Below, piece after piece: positions 23,694 through 34,120 of a DNA stretch of 64,000 bases; the first letter of the stretch is position 1, and each line of letters starts with the position of its first letter. The notes under the pieces are model-generated. The model had not been told where the DNA came from. It saw nothing but the letters and a program-made list of their open reading frames with translations, and did not search any database. A program made the position numbers and the translations under genes. This DNA comes from Cenococcum geophilum (Eukaryota), in NCBI GenBank assembly GCA_050273025.1, contig CP158635.1:23188001-23252000 (forward strand), in the 5' to 3' direction.

Positions 23694-25110
23694 TTACCTC
23701 AGAAGCTCAGACCAAGAAAACGATTGTGCGGATATAGGAATATCCGCACCGTCCGCTAAGCTGATTTAGGACGGCAATCGTTTTCTTGGTCTAAGGGACT
23801 TTGGCGAGATTTATAGAAAACCTAAATACGGTTTATATGAGAAGACCTTATTAACTTTAACGAAATTAATCTACCCTCCCACAATACCTATTAACATAAA
23901 AAGTACACCAAATTATAGAGAAAAGCCTACTCTATAAGTTATAAGATCTTTAGCTCCTTATACGCCCGCGATGTTAAGAGAAATTCGTCGCCGTAGAGGC
24001 CCCAATTCTACCGCCGAGCCGCGCAGTAAACACCAACGCTGAACGCTTACGCCCACGCCGCCAGCCCTCTGCGTAGAGCTTTGCGAGAGCTCTGCGGAAC
24101 GAAGCTTAGGGCGAGACCTGCACGGAGCTCTGCAAAAGCTCTGCACGAAGCTCCGCACGAAGCTCTGCTCGAAGCTCAGTTCGAAGCTCAGTTCGAAGCT
24201 CAGTTCGAGGCTCTGCTCGAAGCTCTGCTCGAGGCTCTGCTCGAGGCTCTGCTCGAAGCCCTATATAGAGCTCCAAAGCTCTACTAATACGCAGCGCTAA
24301 TATACTGGGAAGGTTCTACAATCGCCCGTACGAACGCCCATACAATCAATCGATTAATTGCCCATACAATCGTTTCTACAAACGTCTCTGCATTTGATCG
24401 CCCGTACGAACGTCTGCACGTCTGCACAGCTACACGTCTGTACGCCTGCACGTGGCTCTGCACGAAGCTCTGCACGAAGCTCTGCACGAAGCTCTGCACG
24501 AAGCTCTGCACGAAGCTCTGCTAAAGTTCTACACGAAGCTCTACACGAAGCTCTGCACGAAGCTCTGCATTAAGCTCTGCATTAAGCTCTGCATTAAGCT
24601 CTACACGAAGTTCTACTAAGGCTCTGCACGAGGCTCTGCCCCCTAGTAGTAGCAGAGACACTCCAGGCCAAGGGAGGATATTTTCAAGGAAGGACCCAAC
24701 TATAGCACCTACTAGGTGTTGCAATAGCTTTAAGTAGTAGATGTCTACATATCTATATAGTTTTATTAATATTAGTAAACTATTTAATAAGATATAATAC
24801 GTGCTTAGGCTTTTAACAACGCGTTTTTTAACTTTAACGAAATTAATATTAGGACCAAGCAATAGCCGTATTATAAAATTTATACTATTTAGAAGCCCTA
24901 AATCTTAAAAATAATATATAAACTTTTAGTAATAATAACACGTTGTGTGAATAAATAAATTAGATATCCGCAATCTCCGTTTTACGGATTTTGCTTAGGA
25001 TTTTAACAAATCTCGCCAAACCCTCTCAGACGTGATTTTGCAATTCGGAAGACGGCGTAGGTTATTCCGATGCTAGCTAAAAAAAATCGCGTCTGAGCTC
25101 GCTGAGGTAA
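23694..25110 (+). mobile_element. Non-autonomous TIR DNA transposon (1.4 kb) related to the element starting at 46943
   Basis: TIR TTACCTCAG(CG/A)AGCTCAGAC; TSD AAT(T/C)AGAA(T) at 23685-23693 and 25111-25119; first ~375 bp nearly identical to 46943-47330. Confidence 0.88.
24075..24640. repeat. 12-bp minisatellite arrays within the non-autonomous element
   Basis: GAAGCTCTGCAC / GAGGCTCTGCTC / GAAGCTCAGTTC units at about 24075-24285 and 24455-24640. Confidence 0.9.
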
Positions 25111-27366
25111 AATCAGAATCTCACAATCACAATAATCCGATTGTGGCTGATTGTGGCTGATTGTTTACAACCCTGATCTCTACGCAAAGCTCTAAGGAAC
25201 CTTCCAAAAACACTTGATGATACTTACACTCGTATCCTTGAGGATATTGAGGAGGATTTACAGCAGATTGCGTTCCGAGCATTAACATGGATATGTTTTT
25301 CAAAGGAACCTTTAACTCCTGAACAGGTCGCGGAGGCTGCTGTCATCGACCCGCAACTGTGCCCACCATTCCATCCTGAGTATCGTCTCTGTGATCCTGA
25401 GACAGATATACGGGATATACTTGGCAGCTTAGTATCCGCTCCTATTGTGGAATCCGAATTCGGAAAAGTGTGCTATTTACGGCTTGCCCATTTTTCAGTG
25501 AAAGAGTATCTACTCTCCGGTCGAATCCTCTGCAGTAAGAGGGTCTCAAAATTTAGCTTGACAGAGCTCATTGGCAATGCACTCATTCTTGAATGTAGTT
25601 TGCTCTATGTCTTCAACGCTGTTGACATTGACGAGATTGTTAGTGTTAGTGAGACTAAGCCAGCGACAACCACTTCTAGGTCACATGCTATCCCTAGAAG
25701 ATACCTGGCAGCAGCGGCTCATCAGCAGGAGGTGTCCCTTGTGGAAAAATTCCCACTCCATGGATATATTGGAGCCTGGCTAGTAGACCACGCTCAAGAG
25801 CTGCGATTTCAATTTCAACGAAAATTGGAATCCCTTATCAAGCTTTTCCTTGACGATTCTGCATTTCGGTTCTGGAGTCAACTGTTCTGCTGGCCTCGGA
25901 TAAAGACTAAAATCAGGCGATACATTTTTCTGGAGCCTGACTTCGACCATGCTCGACTATTTTTGGCATCCTACTGCGGATTTAGTGAAGTTGTAAAGGC
26001 TTTGGTTATAAAAACGACTATAGTTGGTGCGAGGGGACCGTGCAGCGATACCGCTCTGCGCTGGGCGTCTTCAAGTGGGCAGGAAGTAGTAGTGGAGTTA
26101 CTCATCGATTCGGGGCTTAATGTCAACGCAAAGATGGACTACGGGTATTCCGCCCTTCATTTCGCTGTTTCCTCAGGGAAAGAAGCAACGGTACGGATGC
26201 TGCTTAAACACAAGGCCAACGTTAATGTTAAGGCAAATGACGGCGTGACTCCGCTCCATATCGCGTGCTCTGAGGGAAACGAGGCGCTTGTGCAGATACT
26301 GCTTTGCCACGATGCTGATACAAATGCCGTACAAAAATATCTCTACACCCCACTGCACTTTGCGTGCTTCAGCCGTAATGCGGCGGTAGTCCAGATGCTT
26401 CTCGATTCCGAGGCCGATATTAGCGCGCGAAATATGGCTGGGCAAACCGTCCTTCATTGCGCATGCAAAAATGCCCAGTTTGCAGTAACGCGCATCTTGC
26501 TCAGTCACAAGGTGGATATCGCAGCAAAAGATAGATATGGATTGACGGCACTGCATGAAGCATGCAAAAGAGGACACTTGGCCATAACGCGAGTTTTGCT
26601 CAACCACAAAGCGGACATCACGGCCAAGGATCGATATGGACTAACCGCACTGCATCATGTAACTCATTCGATTCCGCATCACACGCGAGGGGAGAGGACA
26701 GCAATAACACGATTGCTACTCAACCACGGAGCAGATATTTCTGCTAAAGATAGTAAAGGGATGACTGCTTTAGATTTAGCGTCTAGGCACAAGCATTTAT
26801 GGATAGCGAAGGCACTTAAAAAAGCTGCTGCTAGGAATTCTGGGGATTCCAATGAAAAACTCCCGTAACTCGTAGAGATATCGGATAAGCGATGGACTCG
26901 TACAGCATACGGAAAAGCTTCATCGAGGATTAATAAGAATATGCTGATACTAGATTGCATGGTGACGGTTTGGAGGTCAGTTTTGGCGTTTGATAGAGGA
27001 CCGAACATTTTGATCCAGGGTGAACTCCCTCGGGACTTTTATATCTATTTCATAAGTTTTCAATCGCTGTGATCTGAGATTCACAATGGTTTCATTAGCA
27101 AATAGAAAAGCAGAATTTTTGTTGTGGAACCAGATAGAGAACGATGGCAACGCTTCTCCACGACTTTACGAGAAAAGAGTTCAGACTAAAGTTCATATTT
27201 TTACCTCAGTATCCACAAACTGCGCATTACAGCAAAAAGTGGGTATAACAATGCAGTAAGCTCACCTAAACGCCTCCTACTCTTTCACACGATCAACCTT
27301 GTCTCTTTATTACAACTCCCAAACATGGGCCAGCTCTGTCCTACGTCATATTGTCATTCTATTCCG

Positions 27367-29403
27367 TTACCCCTTACCAACCTTCACTCTAACTCCAACG
27401 CCCCTAACACTGCCCCATACGCTCTCGCTTACTTTGACAGGCAACTTCCGACCTTTCAACCTCTGATCAATCAGCCACATACCAACTACAAACTCCTCTC
27501 GTCGCAGCCTGCCAATCTCGCGCCCATCCACAAGCGCCCACACCTCCTCTAACACATGTTCTGGCAGCCTACTCCTCATCCAAATATCCCTAACCACCAA
27601 ACTCAGCACATCCCACGCAGCTTCCGACGGTTCATCCATACGATTCGGCGAGTGTGCCTTCGGCTTCGTTTGTGCACCAGGGGAGATATAGAGACTTTTA
27701 TTTGCCGCCCATACACCCTCATAGCGTTTCCGCTCCCGCTCGGTGATGGTGTCGCGCCAGCGCTTGCGCGCGCCTTCGCGGTGTTTGTTAGGGTGTTTGC
27801 GGCCTACGCCCAAAACTCGTTTGCCCTTTCGCTTATATCGCTCGTTCTCGTCTTCGGTGTCGGAGGAGGAAGGCTCTTTTCGCATTGTGGTGCGGAGCTT
27901 GCCTGGTTCTGGCTTGGTTTTGGTCGGGGATGGGGAGCGGGAGTGGAAGGGGTGATGGTGTTTCTTCGCTTGATGGCGGGTTGGAAGAGGAGGGGCTGAC
28001 GAACGGGCTGGTGAGGGTGATACGTTTCGGGAAGAGGCGAGCGCGGCACCGACCATTGCATTTGCGAGGGAGTCGCCAGTCATGTGAGGTGTAATCTGGC
28101 GGAGGGATTGGCGTTGGTACGTTGAGGTGGGTTGGTAGGAATTCGATGAAGGAGCTGGACGCGGGGCGGAAAACGTTTCAGGTGGCGTAGTCAAGCGGGC
28201 TAGCTGAGCTGTCTTAGCTTGAGGGTTAGGCTTTGCAGTGGTAGTTCGGGATAATGGCTTGGACTGTGGTTCAATGTAGGTTGAGGACATTACGCTATCA
28301 AGTCTATTCTTCCCAGACCGACGACGAGGCGGCAGGTCTGGTTTTGCTTTAAGTTCAGCTTTTGTTTCGGGGGCAGACTTGTAAGACGAGGGAGATGAGT
28401 CATTATCAAGGCTATCGAGAGATCCGGAGAGTGACTTGGAAGAGCGATGCATTGCTGTCGAGTCTTGGGATATTATCCCGGGCCTCCTTTTGACAGGGGG
28501 TATCGGTGGTTCTCCAGTTGTCTTTAAGGCCGTCAATCCGGTTGGTTTTGGTTTCGTTCTCGCGGTGTCCCACTTCTCACCTGGACTGATATCCCTCACT
28601 GGCGCATCTGACACCTCTGGAAGGGGCAAGGGAAACTTCCTCTGGGGTTTGGGGGATTTCACTGCGACTGGATCCCCGCGAGAAACGAAAACCTGCTGGG
28701 GTTCTTCTTTCACTGGGGTGGTAGGACGCACCTCTTCGAAGATCTTGACGAGAGAGTTGGTAGGTAAAATGGGAGTGTCATCCGTAGCCCTAACATCTCC
28801 AGAAGCTTCCCGATTATTGTCCATTACTATCGGCCCTATCGTGTGGCTCTTCTTTAACCCAACCAAACTTCCTCCCAAGAGATTGAGCCTCGTCTTGGCA
28901 TTTCCCACGCTCCCAGCAGGCGGTAAAATCTCTCGAACTTCCATGTCCTTACGTTGTGATAACGGGGAAGAGAGTGTGTTCGGCTTTGGTCTGATGGGGC
29001 TATGCCTTGCTGCAGCTAATTTTGCGGCTATATTGGAGGGCGAGGAGGAACGGGTTGAAAATCCGTCAAAAGTGCTTGAACTGTTTGATTTGGTGGATAG
29101 CTGTACAGAAGAGGGGCTTGGGCGATAGCTGCCTCCTGTCCACTGCCTTTGTACCGGAGACAAACTGTTCTGTGGGCTAGACAGGCTAGGGCCTCGTTGA
29201 TGTGCTGTGCCCGCTGTTGTTGCGGCCGCTAAAGCCCCATTGCTACCACCAGTAGAGTTGTTCACCAGTGGCTTCGGTTTAACCGGCGGCTTCGAAAAGG
29301 CGGAAGATGCTCCTCTGAGGGCAGCATCTCGAACATTGTACTGTGTTTCGCCCGGTATCTGGCCGGTTTGGGAGGGATTCCGAGTATTGTTTACTCCGTT
29401 CAT
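27367..29403 (-). CDS. IRS4: IRS4-like EH-domain protein
   Basis: Long ORF; Ser/Pro-rich N-terminus with [34 protein letters not shown]-terminal EH domain (WMRSRLP...[20 protein letters not shown]). First in-frame ATG at 29403 (the ORF track start at 29430 is TTG). Confidence 0.82.
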   Translation of the reverse strand: MNGVNNTRNPSQTGQIPGETQYNVRDAALRGASSAFSKPPVKPKPLVNNSTGGSNGALAAATTAGTAHQRGPSLSSPQNSLSPVQRQWTGGSYRPSPSSVQLSTKSNSSSTFDGFSTRSSSPSNIAAKLAAARHSPIRPKPNTLSSPLSQRKDMEVREILPPAGSVGNAKTRLNLLGGSLVGLKKSHTIGPIVMDNNREASGDVRATDDTPILPTNSLVKIFEEVRPTTPVKEEPQQVFVSRGDPVAVKSPKPQRKFPLPLPEVSDAPVRDISPGEKWDTARTKPKPTGLTALKTTGEPPIPPVKRRPGIISQDSTAMHRSSKSLSGSLDSLDNDSSPSSYKSAPETKAELKAKPDLPPRRRSGKNRLDSVMSSTYIEPQSKPLSRTTTAKPNPQAKTAQLARLTTPPETFSAPRPAPSSNSYQPTSTYQRQSLRQITPHMTGDSLANAMVGAALASSRNVSPSPARSSAPPLPTRHQAKKHHHPFHSRSPSPTKTKPEPGKLRTTMRKEPSSSDTEDENERYKRKGKRVLGVGRKHPNKHREGARKRWRDTITERERKRYEGVWAANKSLYISPGAQTKPKAHSPNRMDEPSEAAWDVLSLVVRDIWMRSRLPEHVLEEVWALVDGREIGRLRREEFVVGMWLIDQRLKGRKLPVKVSESVWGSVRGVGVRVKVGKG

Positions 29404-29734
29404 CGAACCATTGGGCTGAGCCGGATGCAATGGAAGAGCGCTTTGAGCTTTCAGGACCTAGCATGTGGGGGGATAGATAGAAGATAGATAGAAGGATGGG
29501 TTATAGATATAACGAGAGTAAAGAAATAGAAAACCGCGTCTTCTCAAGGAATAGTATAAAGCTGAAGTTGTCTGCCGTTGTTCCTTAGCTGCGACTTTAC
29601 TAGTCCACATTCGACTTAAATGGTCAGCTGACTGCGCGTCTCCCCGTAACACGGTACTACTGCTGCCTCATCACCTCCGCCCGCAAATAAAACTCATTAA
29701 TGCTTTGATATTTCTCGACACAAGCATTGTAGCC

Positions 29735-32700
29735 ATGGCAGATGATAGTGATATGCCCGATGCCGACGCCGTGGACGAACAGCACCGCCAGTATGGCCAT
29801 GGCCTAGAGTCAGAAAAAGAACTAGACGCAAAGTAGGTTGTTGAATAACCTCCGGTCATTTCTAATATATGTTAACTTCATAGGTATCCTAATCGGCCTA
29901 AGAACATTCACAAAACACTCCCCTTTCATGATTTGTTCCTTACTCTCTTCAATCCCTTGGATGAGAATCGCAAGAAGCCGGGAGGGCTAGCTATAGCTAG
30001 ACGAAAGCAAGGGCCTCATGGGCTAGCAAACCTCTCCCCGCATGAAGCACGCCGCAATATCATTGAAAAATTTATTGCAAGATGGCGAAAAGAAGTGGGT
30101 AACGATTTCTACCCTGCATTGCGCCTTATCATCCCAGATAAAGATCGCGACCGAGCAATGTACGGCCTCAAAGAGAAAGCTATCAGCAAATTACTGGTCC
30201 GTGTCTTGAAAATAGACAAAAACTCCGAAGATGGATTTAACCTACTCAACTGGAAACTACCAGGCCAGAAAGCAACCGTTGCCATGGCCGGAGATTTCCC
30301 CGGCCGCTGCTTTGACATCATCTCGAAACGACCAATGCGCACCACTGTTGGGAATATGAGCATTGCCGAAGTCAATGAAGAGCTCGATAAGCTGTCCTTC
30401 ATGTCCAAAGAAGAAGACCAACTTACGATATTTCGGAAGTTTTACCAACGCATGAACGCGGAAGAAATAACGTGGTTAATCCGAATTATTCTACGTCAAA
30501 TGAAAGTCGGCGCAACCGAGAAGACATTTTTGGACATCTGGCATCCGGACGCCGAGACGTTATTCAATATTTCATCAAACCTGCGTCGAGTATGCTGGGA
30601 GTTATACGATCCGAGAACCCGTTTGGACGGCGAAAACACCGGGATTTCATTAATGCAGTGCTTCCAACCCCAATTAGCAGCTTTCCAGATGGATAGCTTT
30701 CAGAAAATGGTTTCGAGAATGAAACCCACTGAGGATGATGATGTATTTTGGGTAGAAGAGAAGCTTGATGGCGAGAGAATGCAATTACACATGGTCGAGG
30801 ATAAAAGCTTACCCGGAGGCAGGCGCTTCAAGTTCTGGTCAAGAAAAGCCAAAGATTACACTTATCTGTACGGTGACGCTTTTGAGAGCGAAGAAAGTGC
30901 TCTTACGAGGCATATCAAAAATGCCTTTGACCCTGGAGTCCGGAATATTATTCTCGACGGAGAGATGATCACTTGGGATATGGATGTGGACCGCATCGTT
31001 GGGTTTGGGACGTTAAAAACAGCTGCACTGTCTGAGCAGAAAAACCTATTCTCTAACGGCTCTGGGCAGCGCCCGGTGTACCGCGTTTTCGACTGTCTTT
31101 ATTTAAATGATCAACCCCTCACAGATTTTACTTTACGAGATCGGCACAACGCTTTGGAACGAAGTATAATATCTATCCCCCGAAGGTTAGAAATTCATAC
31201 TTATACCGAAGCACATACTGCGGCTGAAATTGAACCACTTCTCCGGCAAGTGGTCGCCGAAGCCTCCGAAGGCCTGGTGATAAAGAGCCCACGCTCCATG
31301 TACCGCTTGAATGAAAGGAACGACGACTGGATTAAGGTGAAACCAGAGTACATGACAGAATATGGCGAAGCGCTCGACTGTATTGTCATTGGCGGCTACT
31401 ATGGATCTGGTCATCGAGGTGGCACCTTGTCTAGCTTTTTGTGTGGCCTGCGAGTCGATCAAAATCAGATTGATAGAGGTGCGCTTCCGACGAAGTGTTA
31501 CTCTTTCTTGAGAGTTGGTGGTGGATTATCCCAAAGCGACTATAAAGAAATATGGCATCATACGGAAGGCAAGTGGCACAAATGGGATCCCAAGAGGCCC
31601 CCAACTGAATTCATCGAGCTCGGTGGCCATGCTGAAAACAGGCAATACGAGCGTCCCGATATGTGGATACGAGCTGATGAATCTGTTGTTGTCTCTGTGA
31701 AAGGGGCGTCTGTTAGTTCCTCTGATCAATTTCGAATGAATGAAACTTTGCGTTTCCCTCGATTTAAGAAGTTGCGACTTGACAAAGATTGGAAGTCAGC
31801 TCTATCAATCAGCGAGTTTATTGAACTGAGGAATAATGCGGAGTTGGAAAAGAAACAAAAAAAGACAGAATTCAAAATTGACGAATCGAGGAGGAAAAAA
31901 GCCAGGATCAGGAAGAAGCCTCTGGTTGTGGCTGGCAGCGAAGTCTTAAAGACAGCATATGGAGGCCCAGAGACTAAAATATTCGAAGGATTGAATTTCT
32001 GTAAGTGGACCGACCCCCGCCCATTAACATAAACATCCACAGCTGACAACGATCTCTTCGCAGTTATTTTGACGGAATCGCTGAGGCCAGTGAAGAAGTC
32101 CAAAGCAGAACTAGAGCAGATGGCGAAGGCCAATGGGGCTCAAATTGTCCAGAGAGAGAGCACTGCAGATAATCTCATCATCATCGCTGATCGACGTAAT
32201 TCCTACCCCTCATAAAGCGCGTTTACGCATAATGACGACCACTGACTTCTCCTAGCACTGCTCAAGGTCACGTCACTTCAGAAACATGGCAGTCACAATA
32301 TCGTACGCCCCATCTGGCTATTCGACTGCATCAGACAAGCAGAAGCCGATGTTGGTCGACCCAATTTACTCTTGCCCTACGAACCTAAGTGAATTCCCTA
32401 AGGTCTTTGTATACCAACGCGAACTGATGATTACCTCTAATATAGCCGTCACATGTTTTTCTTGAAGCCAGATGATCAATTTCAAATTGAAGGGAACGTT
32501 GATCAGTACGGCGACAGTTACGCACGAGATGTTTCTGTTGACGAGTTAGAGGAGGCACGTCAGGCTATACCATCCTTCAACCAGCGTTGTTGCTAACGAA
32601 TCCTATTAGATTTTTCAACATCTTCCTGCCAAGTTCGAGGCCCGTTTTGAGCCCGATAGGTTCCTCGGTCAAGCTGATGATCACGGACTTGACCTTGGTT

Positions 32701-33134
32701 TACTTCCTGGTTTCATGTTCCATAGCCTAACTATCTACCTTGATAAGGCGCCTCTAGATGGATCCGATCAGATGCTGCAACAGTGCTCACTAGAGCCAGC
32801 GCTAGACTTTGCGAGCAGCACCATCCGGTTTGGTAGTGGAAAGGTGACTGATGACCTAAATAATACGAGTATCACTCATGTAGTTATTGGAAAGGACCGC
32901 TCAAGATTGCAGAGCATTCGAGAAACGATTTCTATGTTAGTTAATTGCAGTACTACCTTTTGTGATTCCCCCCCTAATATTTGATAGGAGAACGTGTCTT
33001 CCGCGAATTGTGACGTTTGACTGGGTCGATCAGAGTTGGAATGAGAAGACATTGCTGGATGAAGAGAGTAAGTGACTTCTGTTAAGTCAGGACGTATTTT
33101 TGACTGGCATTCTTTAGGATTTTTGGCTGCTTGA
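29735..33134 (+). CDS. LIG4: DNA ligase IV (NHEJ); exons 29735-29832, 29884-32000, 32064-32195, 32256-32388, 32446-32554, 32610-32935, 32988-33067, 33118-33134
   Basis: Active-site EEKLDGERMQLH; ILDGEM; EGLVIK; WIKVKPEY; TLRFPRF; two C-terminal BRCT regions; introns restore a continuous frame. Confidence 0.95.
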
Positions 33135-34120
33135 GTAATATGACATACGGAATAACGAAACACTAGACCGTCATCTGCTTGGATATGGTTGTCATAGCAG
33201 AGCGCTTGACGAGAGATTTGCCAACATTAAGCTGATTGCTTCCAAGCACATCCCTAAGGGCAACACGAGCTACAAAGTAGTATAGGTAATGACGATTATG
33301 ATACGCTTATCAAACAGATCCAGTATGTGGAAGGCCTTGCTTTGAAACAGTCCCGAAAGAGAAATACATTTTTCTCTAAACATGTTTGAGAATCTATTTT
33401 TCCACTACACCCGCGATCTCCCAGTTAATTTTCCCAAGTAGAGGAAGTGGCCGATTCCGAACGTACTGATTTCACCCAGCCTGCTCCAGCCAGTCTTAGC
33501 CTGTACCTAAACCAGGTAATTGATGGTGCGCTGATAGTTAGGTTAGGTCCCCTTGCGGAGCCAATAAGGTGATATAATGCACTCTCAAAAAGAAACTGCG
33601 AGCGGGCAATTGAACATAGAAAACCTATACAATTACTACATCTTTGATTCAATCGGATCGGGTCTTGCTCATCCACCCATCCATCTATCCATCACCTAGC
33701 AGAACAACACCCTTTAGCACCATAAGTCTTTCCGTTTCCTAGGCCCAGGAGCCCAAAATAAATTACGCAAAGAACAATATTCGCCTCCCAACCAAACTAC
33801 CAAGGCGTTCAACCACGCGATGCAGACATTGTGTATAAGGAAAACAAAAAGACAAGCGATGGGAAGCGCGAGGGCTTCACAAACGGGCCCAAACGCCAAG
33901 AGATGCTAATCGTAACATGGAGGAAAAGCTGGTCCACGATGGTGAGAGGCCGTGGTAGATGAATGGCCGTAGCTGCGGGAAAAAGATGAGGCATGCTAAT
34001 TGAGCGAACTTTTTCTGTTTGCGGAGCGCTTCCTCTGTGGGCACTTAAAGTTATTGCCATCAATTAAGGAAGTGCTCAAAGGAAGGACATGGAAGGTCGA
34101 GCTAGGGTCGGTGGCCGATG

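Larger units (their letters stand above)
11996..25175 (+). mobile_element. Second hAT transposon (about 2.4 kb net; 13.2 kb including nested inserts)
   Basis: TIR CAGGGTTGTAAAC(G/A)ATCA; 8-bp TSD ATCTCTAC (11988-11995, 25176-25183); degraded transposase at 12160-13187 and 22506-23550 with RC.GHIINL and SIPA.SD..ERVFS-like motifs. Confidence 0.92.
7202..26868 (+). pseudogene. Fungal NLR pseudogene (HeLo-like N-terminus, NACHT, ankyrin repeats) interrupted by two hAT insertions
   Basis: Reconstructed segments: 7202-7287 joined to 10281-10682, 10894-11153, 11218-11242, 11294-11875, 11934-11995 joined to 25184-26868. N-terminus (M)DGLSAAASIIAII; Walker A GIPGCGKT; Walker B FVIDALDEC; GMFRWV; LPKTLDDTY; LAHFSVKEYL; about 8 ANK repeats. 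Start reads ATA and there are in-frame TAGs at 7244, 11138 and 11953. Confidence 0.92.

Noticed and set aside
23958..24862. Short ORFs with EALLEALL / SSARSSAR / VQSFVQSF repeats
   Set aside because: Artefacts of 12-bp tandem repeats that are open in several frames
25447..26868. 473-aa ankyrin ORF as an independent gene
   Set aside because: The frame is open back to the hAT junction at 25184 and joins the NACHT part; the listed start is GTG
26869..27366. Search for an adjacent amyloid-motif or HET-s-like effector gene next to the NLR
   Set aside because: No such ORF or G/N/Q-rich motif seen on either side; the NLR has its own N-terminal domain
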